Assembly (NCBI GenBank): GCA_964455555.1
Contig: CAYVXV010000001.1
Location: forward strand, 31,499 to 95,498
DNA: 64,000 bases
Direction of reading: 5' to 3'
DNA from: an uncultured Pseudomonadales bacterium
GTDB taxonomy: Bacteria > Patescibacteriota > Microgenomatia > UBA1400 > PJMF01
Shown: piece after piece, positions 10,241-19,737 of the stretch
Position numbering within the stretch: position 1 is the first letter of the stretch
How the letters are laid out: each line of letters opens with the position of its first letter
Position numbers and translations under genes: made by a program
The notes under the pieces: model-generated
Seen by the model: only the letters and a program-made list of their open reading frames with translations
What the model was told of the DNA's origin: nothing
The model's database searches: none

Positions 10241-13200
10241 CTATTGCAAGTTATTATTTGCAGCTGCTTCAATAAGTTTTTGTACATCAGCCGGGTCAAT
10301 CTGTCGCAGAACTTCCTGCGAGGTATTCGGGCCTAAGCGCAACAACAGCTCTTGCAGTTCGTTGCTGGCTCCATTGTTCATGGCAGCTTCCATAGCCTGG
10401 TCTATATTGCGGATAACCGCATCACTGAGGAAGGTTCCTTCCTGCCCTACCTGAGCCCCAGTTTCAAAAAGGCCAAAGTGCTGATGGATGTTTTTAAGCG
10501 CATTAACCGTCGGATTGTCTGCACTTAGGTTCATGCTTCTTAATTGATTGGCATAGTAGCTCCAAGGATAATCACCGGCTTCAACAATCACGTTTGTGGT
10601 GGCTTCGGCTGCGGCCTGCGCTGTTCCCTCAGCGGCATTGCTGGCGGCATCGGTTGCAGCCCCCGAACCCTCAAGACCGCGCAAGGTTTCCCGGACATCA
10701 TCGACAGTCGCTTCTGCACCGGAGGCTGCTTCGGCTGCGCCTTCTGCAGCAGCCTCATCTATGCCGGATTGGAAACCCATGCCTTCTAAGTCCTCCAGTG
10801 AGGTTGCTTCCCCTGGAACCGGAGTTCTAAGAGATGGAGTTAATTCATCAGCCGCTCCAGCATCAGCCGTTTGGTCGATCCCCTGCTCCAGCGGCAGGGC
10901 GGTGCCTGCCTCATCGCCGGAAGCAGTCTCAAACGCCGGTGTGCCGGCTGCCTCAGACCCCTGTCCTTGAGCTAAGTTTCTAATCTGGTCGCCGGCTAAT
11001 AAGTCTAATAAATTAGCCAACAAGACTACTCTGGCAGCATCAGAAAGGCCTTCTCCGGCTAACCGGGCTTGCTCACCAAATTTTGAGTCAGCAATCTTGG
11101 CAGCGTGCTCAGATGCTCTCTTGAGGATTTTAACGGCATTCTGGCCTCTGTCCCGATTTGCTTCCCAATAATCAAGCAGTTCATCAAAAGACCGCGCTTC
11201 GCCCTTGGTAGCGATTTTCGCTCCCTGCTCAATGGCAAATGAGGATGTAGCAAAACCGATCCTGGCAGCAGCCACCAATGGGCCGCCCAGACTCAGCAGA
11301 ACGACTCCCGGAAAGTAGGCAGCCCGCTTCATGGCGCCCTCTTGAACAAAGATGGTCCTTTTAAGACGCTCCCGGACTCCTTCAAAATCAAATTCGCCTT
11401 TTACCTCACCGTATATCTGCCGTTCTCCATACCGGTTGACCGGAACTTTATATGGATTGGCAGATTGCAGGACGGCAAACAGAGTCGCGTTAAACCATTT
11501 GCCTTTTTTGTCACCTTCCCATAAGCCAACGCGGAATTTGCGATTTTTGTATTTGACAATATCTGCCATCAGCTTGTTTGGCAGTTCATTAGCTTTCCAA
11601 TAATCCTGCAGCCTCCGGTTGTAGCCAATTCTGTCTGTGAGCAGCAAGGCCACAACCTGTTCGTGCCCGATTTCGTCTGCACCGCTGACAAAATTGCGCC
11701 TCCATTCATCCAGGATGCTGTGCACTTCAGTTTCACCGGCATGGTACTTTTCAATTGCTTCCTTTACCTCTTGGCTTTCAATGCCTTCCATAAAGTCGGC
11801 TAGGCTTTGTTCCAGTGACCGCTTGGCATTGCCTTGGATCCTTTCAACAAAAGCCTCAGACTTTTCCCCCGGTTTGCGCATAGCTTCTCCAAGGCGCTGG
11901 CGGAGACTGGGGCCGGTTTCCGTCAAATCAAAGTACTCTGCTGTCATCTCACGGAAAGTGATTTCCTGGCCATCAATTTCATATTTAAATTGATCCTGCC
12001 CGTCAGTCTTGGCAGCAATTTCATCCAAAATTCTTTGCCTGCTTTCACCACTCGGCCTATCTTTGGCAAACAACAAATAGGCAGCCAGATCCTGGGGGCT
12101 GAATTGGTCTAAGTTCTGGCTTTCGTCCTCAAGGGCAGCTGTAATTCTTGCTGATAGCTCAGCATCATGAATGGCGGAAACTCCCTTGCTCTCCAGGAAA
12201 GTCTTCAACTGCTCAGTCCGAACCCTTTTAGCCTCAGCCTCAGCAGCGGACTGCTCTCTTCTTTCTTTGATTTCGCGTGATTTAGCCCTCGCTGCATCTA
12301 AGGGGTGCGGCCTATTCTGCCATTTTTCACTCATCCGCTCTCTAAACCCAGGTCCGGGCTCAGCAATTCCCTCCGGCTCTCCGGCCAGGTCAAAATATTC
12401 CTTTAAAATCTCACTAAGTGGGGTGCTGACCCCATCCTCCAACTCATATGCGGGCATTGGGCTGAGGTCGTTTTCTATATAAGCCATCACAGTACCGACC
12501 TGCTCTTCTGAAAGCCCGGTCTCTGTTGCATAAAGAAGCACGCTGACCAGTTCGTGGACTTCCACTTCAGCGATATTGCCGGCGCTAATTTTCTCTCTGG
12601 CGGCTTCAATAATCTCTTGGTCATAAATGCGGCTATAGCCATGATCGCCGAGGAAATCCTTGAGCTGCTGCTGCCGCTCCTGGCGTTCTCTGAGGGCTGA
12701 GCGCCTCTCCTTGATTCTATTTAACTGACTGCGAGCTGAGTCAATCGGCCTGGGGCGGTTGCTCCAAGCCTCAGTGGCACCCTTCCTGGCCCTGGCTAAA
12801 ACTCCAGGTTGAAATTGCCGGCCGATTTCAACCAACTCATCCACATTCCATCCCTGATTTTCTAAAATAGGTGCATATTCCCTAAAGTCAGCAGGCGACA
12901 TTTTTCCGTACATATACATTGCCACCACCTGATAAACTTGCGGGCCAAGGGCATCCATAGGCTGATTGTCAAAATTGCTTTTCCACCCATTTAACTGAGC
13001 CTCATTGATGTCTGCCAAATTTTGACCATTTGACTGCTCATTGAACTTTGCGGCAACTCCCCACATCTTTACAATATCCGGGTTAGCCTCACTCATCTCT
13101 TCACTAAGCCTTCTGGCGTCACGCTCAGATTTTGCAGTTTTCAACCTGCCCCAAATTTCGTGGGCGGTCTGAAAACGGGCATTCTCTTCCTTGTTTTTCA

Positions 13201-13897
13201 ACCGAAGGTAATCCTGAACTGCCTCAAGTGAATTTTCTCCTTGTTCTCCGAAGCGCTTGTCTTGCTGGAGGTATGTCTGTACCTCGGAAAAACGAGCATG
13301 CTGTTCATCGATTTTGCCGGCTAGATAGAGCTGAATAAGTTTGGCGGCAGTTTCGGGGTTTATTGAACCATCCTCTGCCACTTCAAGATCCATAGTATCG
13401 AGCTCTGATGCATACACCCCCAGAGTGTCTGCCGGAGCCGTAGCATAAACCTTTAATGCCTCTTTTAAGCTTTCCAGCTTTTCCTGCTCTTCTTGGGTAA
13501 GTGGTGCATGATTATCAATTGCTTCTCTAGCTCTGCTGCGAACTCTTTCTGCCACACCGGGGCGGGCCTCACCATCCTCAGTTGCATCTGCCTCATCCTC
13601 ACGTGAGGGGACAATCCTTGAGCGGAGCTCGGCGGCTTTTGCTTTAGCCTTGGAGCCTTGTTCTTTAATAAAACTGGTGAACCTGCCCAGGTTTTGGCCA
13701 ATTCTACCTTCCCTGCTAAAAAACTGGCGGGTTGAACTGAGAAAATTCTTGAGCCTGGATGGCCTTTCAGGGGCCTCTTCTTCTGGGTCGCGCGGGGCAA
13801 ATTCAGGCAGCGGCTGCGGTGTATCAGGTACTGCTGGTGTTTCCGTTCCAAAGTTTTGCACTTCTTCTTCTCTTGGACCTTGAAATTCTCCAGACAT
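10241..13897 (-). CDS. Large acidic hypothetical protein with internal repeats, a late hydrophobic segment and a LysM-like C-terminal motif
   Basis: Long ORF. Start moved to ATG 13897 (MSGEF), which follows an AAAGGAG SD. Confidence 0.75.
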   Translation of the reverse strand: MSGEFQGPREEEVQNFGTETPAVPDTPQPLPEFAPRDPEEEAPERPSRLKNFLSSTRQFFSREGRIGQNLGRFTSFIKEQGSKAKAKAAELRSRIVPSREDEADATEDGEARPGVAERVRSRAREAIDNHAPLTQEEQEKLESLKEALKVYATAPADTLGVYASELDTMDLEVAEDGSINPETAAKLIQLYLAGKIDEQHARFSEVQTYLQQDKRFGEQGENSLEAVQDYLRLKNKEENARFQTAHEIWGRLKTAKSERDARRLSEEMSEANPDIVKMWGVAAKFNEQSNGQNLADINEAQLNGWKSNFDNQPMDALGPQVYQVVAMYMYGKMSPADFREYAPILENQGWNVDELVEIGRQFQPGVLARARKGATEAWSNRPRPIDSARSQLNRIKERRSALRERQERQQQLKDFLGDHGYSRIYDQEIIEAAREKISAGNIAEVEVHELVSVLLYATETGLSEEQVGTVMAYIENDLSPMPAYELEDGVSTPLSEILKEYFDLAGEPEGIAEPGPGFRERMSEKWQNRPHPLDAARAKSREIKERREQSAAEAEAKRVRTEQLKTFLESKGVSAIHDAELSARITAALEDESQNLDQFSPQDLAAYLLFAKDRPSGESRQRILDEIAAKTDGQDQFKYEIDGQEITFREMTAEYFDLTETGPSLRQRLGEAMRKPGEKSEAFVERIQGNAKRSLEQSLADFMEGIESQEVKEAIEKYHAGETEVHSILDEWRRNFVSGADEIGHEQVVALLLTDRIGYNRRLQDYWKANELPNKLMADIVKYKNRKFRVGLWEGDKKGKWFNATLFAVLQSANPYKVPVNRYGERQIYGEVKGEFDFEGVRERLKRTIFVQEGAMKRAAYFPGVVLLSLGGPLVAAARIGFATSSFAIEQGAKIATKGEARSFDELLDYWEANRDRGQNAVKILKRASEHAAKIADSKFGEQARLAGEGLSDAARVVLLANLLDLLAGDQIRNLAQGQGSEAAGTPAFETASGDEAGTALPLEQGIDQTADAGAADELTPSLRTPVPGEATSLEDLEGMGFQSGIDEAAAEGAAEAASGAEATVDDVRETLRGLEGSGAATDAASNAAEGTAQAAAEATTNVIVEAGDYPWSYYANQLRSMNLSADNPTVNALKNIHQHFGLFETGAQVGQEGTFLSDAVIRNIDQAMEAAMNNGASNELQELLLRLGPNTSQEVLRQIDPADVQKLIEAAANNNLQ

Positions 13898-14037
13898 ATT
13901 CTCCTTTGCAGGTGCTTTGTTGCTTAGACAATAATACAAAAACCTAACGCATGGCGCGCCTTGTTCCATTATGTCAATTTTAGAAGGGATTTACAAGTAG
14001 TTGCTACCAAGAAACCTCTATATTATTCCAACTCAAA

Positions 14038-15468
14038 TTAAACTTTTTTTAATTGCTGGGTGCCGTCAACATCTACAACCTGATAGCCAAGCTCCTCAAT
14101 TTGGCTACGAAGCTCATCGGCCCGCTGCCAATCCTTGCTAGAACGGGCAGTTTGGCGCTCATCCAAAAGGGTTTGAATTTCTGCAGGATAGGAATCTACC
14201 GGCAGTTCTGTTTCTTTTAGATGTGTGTGAGCATTTTCCAAGTCCAACCCCAGGATTTGGTCAAATTCATAGAGCAGCTCCAGTTTGACTGCCTGAGGCA
14301 AGCCCGACTTCACCACTTCCCAAACCACGGTCACTGCCTCTGATGTTGAGAGGTCATTCTCAAGGTGTTCATAAAAAGCCTGCCTGAATTGTGCCTCTTC
14401 CTGAGTGGCTTCTCCACTCGTTGAGTTGCCTTCAGCCTTCTCCTGCAAATCGGCAACAACTTTAACCAATTTTACATATGCTTTCTGCGTACCCTCTAGA
14501 GAATCCCAAGTAAAGTTCATTTCACTGCGGTAATGAGAGGTCAAAAACAACAGCCGCAGCGCCATTGGGTCAAAGCCGCGCTCCAAAATATCATCTATAG
14601 TAAAAAAGTTGCCCAAAGATTTGCTCATTTTCTCACCCTCAACCTGAAGGAAGTTGTGATGAACCCAATAGCGGACAAACGGCCGGTCCCCCGTGGCCGC
14701 TTCGGCTTGGGCGATTTCATTGGTGTGATGGACGGGGATGTGGTCGATGCCGCCTGTATGGATATCCAACTGGCTGCCAAGATATTGATTAGCCATGGCT
14801 GAGCACTCAATATGCCAACCCGGAAAACCGCGCTCGCTCCAAGGGCTGGGCCACACCATGGCCCTGTTTTCACCTTCGCGCTCAAATTTCCAAAGTGCAA
14901 AATCGGTAGGGCTGCGCTTGCCTTCGACAATACCAATGCGGGCACCCTCCTGCAATTCTTCGGCCTTCAAGCGGGCCAGCTCACCGTAACCGTCAAGTTT
15001 AGCAGTATCAAAATAGATGCCGTCCCCTGGAATTTCATAGGTAAAGCCTTTTTCTTCCAAAGCTTTTACCATATCTATTTGTGCCTCAATATGTTCTGTG
15101 GCTCTGCAGCTAACATCAGGCCTCTTATTGCCCATTAAGTCCATACTCCTGAAAAAATATGTTTCAAATTCACGGGCAACATCCCAAACCGATTTGCCGT
15201 ATTTGCGCGCACCTTTTTCCAGCTTGTCTTCACCTGTGTCTGCGTCCGAGGTAAGATGGCCGACGTCAGTCACATTTTGGATAAACCTAACCTGATAACC
15301 TGCGTGTTCAAGTGTACGCACTAAAATGTCATCCATGGTGTATTTTCGCAAATGGCCCAGATGGGTAAAATCATAGACGGTAAAACCGCAGGCATAAAGT
15401 TTAACCTCAGGCGGATTGATCGGCTGAAATTCTTCAACCTCGCGGCTCATGGTGTTATATAAACGCAT
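14038..15468 (-). CDS. cysS: Cysteine--tRNA ligase
   Basis: YACGFTVYD, HLGH, PGWHIECSAM, HHTNEIAQ and KMSKS. Confidence 0.97.
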   Translation of the reverse strand: MRLYNTMSREVEEFQPINPPEVKLYACGFTVYDFTHLGHLRKYTMDDILVRTLEHAGYQVRFIQNVTDVGHLTSDADTGEDKLEKGARKYGKSVWDVAREFETYFFRSMDLMGNKRPDVSCRATEHIEAQIDMVKALEEKGFTYEIPGDGIYFDTAKLDGYGELARLKAEELQEGARIGIVEGKRSPTDFALWKFEREGENRAMVWPSPWSERGFPGWHIECSAMANQYLGSQLDIHTGGIDHIPVHHTNEIAQAEAATGDRPFVRYWVHHNFLQVEGEKMSKSLGNFFTIDDILERGFDPMALRLLFLTSHYRSEMNFTWDSLEGTQKAYVKLVKVVADLQEKAEGNSTSGEATQEEAQFRQAFYEHLENDLSTSEAVTVVWEVVKSGLPQAVKLELLYEFDQILGLDLENAHTHLKETELPVDSYPAEIQTLLDERQTARSSKDWQRADELRSQIEELGYQVVDVDGTQQLKKV

Positions 15469-15558
15469 AACTGTATCCTAACAAAAATTACCAGACTTTG
15501 TGCCGGGAATTTGGGTTGCCGTTTTTAAAAAATCTGCTGTGAAATTTTGCTGGGCTGC

Positions 15559-16167
15559 CTAATTGGCGCCGCTTGGCCCGCGGATAGTTTTCCGGTCGCG
15601 CTCAATCTTCTGGGCAGCCTTCTGTTTGCCTGAACCAGCGGGTCCAACCGGACCTTTTTGCGGTCCTGATGGAATCACATATTCCTCAGACCGCTGGGCC
15701 TCAAGCTGCTTTCTCTGCTCAGTCTCTTCTTCGGCTGCCTGCCTTTTTTTTAGCTCTGCCTCGTACATTTGCTGAGCCACTGCCCGCTCGTCCGCCGTCA
15801 GCTTCTCGTAGCGGCTGTGAGCCTGCTTTCTCTTTGACATCTCCTCCGGGTCTTTGGCTTCCTGATTTAGGCCAAGCCAGTTAGTAATGTTTAAAAGGTT
15901 TTTGGTTTCGTCTAAAATATCTTTGGGTATAAGTTTAAGCTCATCCGAAACCGTGCCGATCGGGCGGGGCTCCTTTGGCGTGCTGGTTTGACCAACAGAC
16001 TGGCTGGCTGGCACCGGACCGGAAGAACCGGCCTGCTGCTGCGAAAGAGCCTTTTGCTGCAGAGCCTGCTCCATTGCCCTCTCTTCCATATGCTCGCCAA
16101 AGTCGCTGTTTGCTCGGTTAAAACCACCTCCTTGCCGGGGAACCGCTGATTGCTTGGGGCTTGGCAT
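15559..16167 (-). CDS. Hypothetical low-complexity/coiled-coil protein
   Basis: 202-aa ORF, co-oriented and tightly spaced with its neighbour. Confidence 0.6.
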   Translation of the reverse strand: MPSPKQSAVPRQGGGFNRANSDFGEHMEERAMEQALQQKALSQQQAGSSGPVPASQSVGQTSTPKEPRPIGTVSDELKLIPKDILDETKNLLNITNWLGLNQEAKDPEEMSKRKQAHSRYEKLTADERAVAQQMYEAELKKRQAAEEETEQRKQLEAQRSEEYVIPSGPQKGPVGPAGSGKQKAAQKIERDRKTIRGPSGAN

Positions 16168-16178
16168 AATTGTCTTTA

Positions 16179-16613
16179 TTAAACCTTGGTGTGTTTTAAC
16201 TGCTCAATCTGATATCCGTCCTGCTGCTGTTTCTGCTGCTCTTCTTCAGACGCTTCTTCCTGCTGCTGTTCACTGCGGGCTTGATACTCCGGAGATGATT
16301 GAATCGAGGCGATTTCCTGGCGCTGCTTCTCAAGCTCTTCAAGATCGGCGGCTTCGTTCTGTTGAGACAACTGCTGATACTCAGCTTGTTCCTGGGCTTT
16401 TCGGGCAGCCTCTGCCTCTGTATGTGCTTGATCTACCAAAACAGCTTCAGCTGCTGCTTCAACCACCGGTCCCGGAGCCTGGGCATCAACCCCTGCTTCT
16501 GCTTTTCTTTTTTTGGCTGATTCCAACAGTTTTTCCAGTTCAGAAAGAGGGTTGTTTTCAGCGGATGAATCTTGTTGATCTTGAAGATCTTGGTTTTGCG
16601 AAGGGTCACTCAT
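16179..16613 (-). CDS. Hypothetical Gln/Glu-rich coiled-coil protein
   Basis: 144-aa ORF rich in Q, E and A. Confidence 0.6.
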   Translation of the reverse strand: MSDPSQNQDLQDQQDSSAENNPLSELEKLLESAKKRKAEAGVDAQAPGPVVEAAAEAVLVDQAHTEAEAARKAQEQAEYQQLSQQNEAADLEELEKQRQEIASIQSSPEYQARSEQQQEEASEEEQQKQQQDGYQIEQLKHTKV

Positions 16614-16707
16614 ACTGCCTTTTAGGTGTTAATAGATAAACTACACGATACTAGAACCCAGCCCAACGGGCAAGCCTGCCGGCTGGCTCAACCAAGCTGC
16701 TGGAACT

Positions 16708-17046
16708 TTACGCCCGCTGCAGCTTGAGGCGGCTGTTGCGTTTCAGCGTGCGGCGTTTTTCGTAGTTTTTCCTGAGTTGCCTCATAGCTACGCTCGTAGC
16801 GTCGACAACTGCTTCATACATATCCACTGCCGTTTTGCGGACTACCACATCTTTGCCGGGAATGGATATGTGGAAAGTAACGGAGTTGGCTCCGGGGTCG
16901 TTGGTTTTTTTTGGAATGTTTTCCAAATGAACCCTAATTTGTGTAACACCTTTGCCAAGCTTAGAAAGCTTAGTGGCTTGCTGCTCAATATAGGAGCGCA
17001 AAGCCTGTGTTACTTTGAGACGCTTAGACTCGACAATTACTGTCAT
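16708..17046 (-). CDS. raiA: Ribosome hibernation factor (short HPF/RaiA)
   Basis: VTQALRSYI and DMYEAVV...RQLRK; AAAGGAG SD. Confidence 0.88.
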   Translation of the reverse strand: MTVIVESKRLKVTQALRSYIEQQATKLSKLGKGVTQIRVHLENIPKKTNDPGANSVTFHISIPGKDVVVRKTAVDMYEAVVDATSVAMRQLRKNYEKRRTLKRNSRLKLQRA

Positions 17047-17062
17047 GAGTCTCCTTTCTATA

Positions 17063-17144
17063 CAAAAAACCGCTCTCCCTTTAACAGGGCTGAGCGGCTA
17101 TAACTTGTATGCGCAGTTGCCTCATCGACAGGCTCAATATAACA
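17063..17144 (-). promoter_or_regulatory. Candidate attenuator leader of raiA: -10 box, 14-aa uORF (17081-17125) and terminator-like hairpin
   Basis: TGTTATATT at 17136-17144, uORF MRQLRIQVIAAQPC*, and hairpin CCGCTC..CCCT..AGGG.GAGCGG followed by T6 just before the SD. Confidence 0.45.
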
Positions 17145-17169
17145 AAAAAACCCGCCGGTGTCAGCGGGC
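17144..17169 (-). terminator. Intrinsic terminator after recR
   Basis: GCCCGCTG-ACA-CCGGCGGG followed by T7 on the minus strand. Confidence 0.75.
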
Positions 17170-17208
17170 AAATTTTCAGGCTAAAGTTAATATTTTACGG
17201 ATACATGG

Positions 17209-17817
17209 CTACATTTTTCTTCTGCCTTCAAGAGCGCGGGTCAGGGTGACACCGTCTGCATACTCAATATCAGCGCCTATTGGCAAGCCGTGGCCGATCC
17301 GGGTAATAGTAAGGTTTTTGCGACCTTCAGACTGCCTGAGATACTCTGTAATGTAGAGTGCGGTCGCCTCACCTTCCATGGTGGGATTGGTAGCTACAAT
17401 CAGCTCGTCAACACCTTCCAAGCGCTTAGAAATATCATAGAGAAAGAGCTGTTCGGGGCCAATATTGTTTAAAGGTGCAATGGAGCCATGCAAAACGTGA
17501 TAGCGGCCATGAAACGCGCCGGAGTTTTCTATGGCAATAACATCCAGCGGCTGCTCTACGATGCATAGCGAATTAAGGTCGCGGCTTGGATCATCACAAA
17601 TTGGGCAGGGATCAACCTCACTAACATTGTGGCAGCGGCTGCAAAGCACAGTGTTCTTCTTCAACTCCAGCAGGTGTTTGGAGAACTCTTCCAACTGGTG
17701 GTCAGGATTATGGAGTAGATAAAAAACCAAGCGCTGCGCTGACTTCGGACCGATGCCGGGAAGCTTTTCAAAACTTTCAATTAATTGCTGAACTGAACGG
17801 GGTAGTTTCATTGCCAA
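17209..17817 (-). CDS. recR: Recombination mediator RecR
   Basis: LPGIGPKSAQRL, C4 zinc finger, YHVLHG, ATNPTMEGEATA and GLPIG. Confidence 0.97.
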   Translation of the reverse strand: MAMKLPRSVQQLIESFEKLPGIGPKSAQRLVFYLLHNPDHQLEEFSKHLLELKKNTVLCSRCHNVSEVDPCPICDDPSRDLNSLCIVEQPLDVIAIENSGAFHGRYHVLHGSIAPLNNIGPEQLFLYDISKRLEGVDELIVATNPTMEGEATALYITEYLRQSEGRKNLTITRIGHGLPIGADIEYADGVTLTRALEGRRKM

Positions 17818-17884
17818 CCAATAGTACTAGGTTACTTCCGGGTTGTCTACAGGTCTGTAGGTTGTGAATTATTGAACAGATATT

Positions 17885-18514
17885 TCAGATTTTGAGCTTA
17901 GCAGAGACTACTTCCCAGACCTCATCATCCACTTCATCGATAGTCTTGGAAGCATCAATTTTGTGCCAGCGGTTTTCCGAACCGCCAGCCAACTCTAGAT
18001 AGGCTTCTCTGACCCGTTGATGGAAATCCGTATCCTCCATCTCAAACCGGTTGGAGCCGCCATCGAGCTCCCTTCTCTTTAGGCCGGTTTCCACGGGAAC
18101 ATCTAGCAATAGCGTGAGATCAGGATAAGTGTCTTTTGTAGAAATATTGTTGAGCTGTTCAATCATATCCTTGCCAAAACCTCTGACCATACCTTGATAA
18201 ACCACAGAGCTATCCCTCGACCGGTCCATGAGCACGATCTTGCCAACTTCCAAAGACGGCAGGACAAGCTCCCGATAAATTTGCGCGCGGGCTGCCTGAA
18301 ACAATAAGACCTCGGTGGTATATGCCATACCGACATTTTTTGATGACAGCACCACTTCGCGGATTTTCTCGCTAATCACCGTTCCACCCGGCTCCCTGAG
18401 CACCAACACATCTTTGCCGACCTTGGTCAGCTTATCGCGCAGCCGGACAATCTGGGTGGTTTTACCACTGCCTTCTCCGCCTTCAAAAGTAATTAAGAAA
18501 CCTTTATCTGCCAT
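17885..18514 (-). CDS. tmk: Thymidylate kinase
   Basis: FEGGEGSGKTTQ, REPGG, MDRS, YQG and PDLTLLLDV. Confidence 0.96.
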   Translation of the reverse strand: MADKGFLITFEGGEGSGKTTQIVRLRDKLTKVGKDVLVLREPGGTVISEKIREVVLSSKNVGMAYTTEVLLFQAARAQIYRELVLPSLEVGKIVLMDRSRDSSVVYQGMVRGFGKDMIEQLNNISTKDTYPDLTLLLDVPVETGLKRRELDGGSNRFEMEDTDFHQRVREAYLELAGGSENRWHKIDASKTIDEVDDEVWEVVSAKLKI

Positions 18515-18525
18515 ATTAAAGTGAG

Positions 18526-19596
18526 CTAATCAGCTGCTCCTGCAAATATTAATACTTCCCGGCCAGGATTAATGCGCTTAACCTGAAACTCTCGCAGGCC
18601 GGCTTCGCTTAAATTACCTATAAGATCACTATAAACTATTTCAGCCACTCTATCATCATCTTCAAAAACTTGCAGCATCAACCAAGCTTGATAGGCCTCA
18701 TACCAATCACCTCCCAATTCTTTGGGCTCGTCTACATCCACAACCTCAGCAGGACTATAAAATCTGCGTGTGCCGAATTGGCCACGCTTGCCCTTGTTTG
18801 GCCCACTGACTACTGCCGGCCCATCAAATTGAGATTTGCAGGCTTCAATTGCTTTATCATAACGCTCAGCGATAGCTTTGTTTTTCATTTCATCGGTCAA
18901 GCTCGGGTCATTAAGAATATCTTCATAGCGATCTTGCAGCAATGACGGGGGGTAGCGCAGGTTGTTGCGGGCTATCTTTTCCATAGAAGACTTGACCGGA
19001 TGCCTTCCCAAAATGCCAAACAGTACATATACATGAGCTACAACAGTTTCAAGAATTGCCATTTTTTCTGCTGGATTCAGTGCTTTCCACTCTTCCTGAT
19101 TCTCCGGGTTCAGCAACCTTGCTTCATAATTAAGTTGATCGCGGAAATGCTTAAAAGTTTTTTCTTCGTGTGCTGTTAAATCCTTTTTCTCATTATTGTG
19201 GCCCAGGTGAGAAACCAACGAAACTCGGCTGGCTTCAGCTAAAGCCGCTGCCTGCTGCTCTACCCCGGCCTCATCAATCGCCAATTCTTCACCAAACTCG
19301 AGAGAAATTGCATTCAAAACATCTTGAAGGAATATTAAAACATCAGCCAATTCCTGATGGCGATACTCTGACCTTCTGGAAACATCAGCAAAATAGCCAT
19401 ACTTATCAGAGCCATTAAGCTCCTCAATCTCACCCCAAAGAAGGTGAAAGGTTTGTTCAGGAATTCGTTCATGGGCAATTGACAAGGTCGGCCGGTCAGC
19501 GCGGAAAGCTTGAGATCCAAGCCTCACTAAAGCCAACGAAGACTGACTTAGAAGCTCACGAGAAAAATAGTAGCAGCCGGATTCCTCATTAGTCAC
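18526..19596 (-). CDS. Putative MazG-like all-alpha NTP pyrophosphatase with a large insertion
   Basis: GEIEEL...ELADVLIFL (ExxE...ExxD) and a distal EKIARNNLRYP motif; lies between dut and tmk. Confidence 0.55.
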   Translation of the reverse strand: MTNEESGCYYFSRELLSQSSLALVRLGSQAFRADRPTLSIAHERIPEQTFHLLWGEIEELNGSDKYGYFADVSRRSEYRHQELADVLIFLQDVLNAISLEFGEELAIDEAGVEQQAAALAEASRVSLVSHLGHNNEKKDLTAHEEKTFKHFRDQLNYEARLLNPENQEEWKALNPAEKMAILETVVAHVYVLFGILGRHPVKSSMEKIARNNLRYPPSLLQDRYEDILNDPSLTDEMKNKAIAERYDKAIEACKSQFDGPAVVSGPNKGKRGQFGTRRFYSPAEVVDVDEPKELGGDWYEAYQAWLMLQVFEDDDRVAEIVYSDLIGNLSEAGLREFQVKRINPGREVLIFAGAAD

Positions 19597-19609
19597 AATG
19601 AAAATAAAA

Positions 19610-19657
19610 CCACAACATGTTGTATGCGCACAAGGACTAAATTACAAACTATTGTGT
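19610..19657. promoter_or_regulatory. Tandem NrdR-box-like operators
   Basis: CCACAACATGTTGTAT (19610-19625) and TTACAAACTATTGTGT (19642-19657), 32 bp apart, both resembling acaCwAtATaTwGtg. Confidence 0.6.
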
Positions 19658-19737
19658 TGTAAGAGAAATAATTTCCGAGGCAATCAGTCTAAAAAGCAAC
19701 TTTGAGTAAGATATTTTTGGACAAGCAGTTTCGCTAA

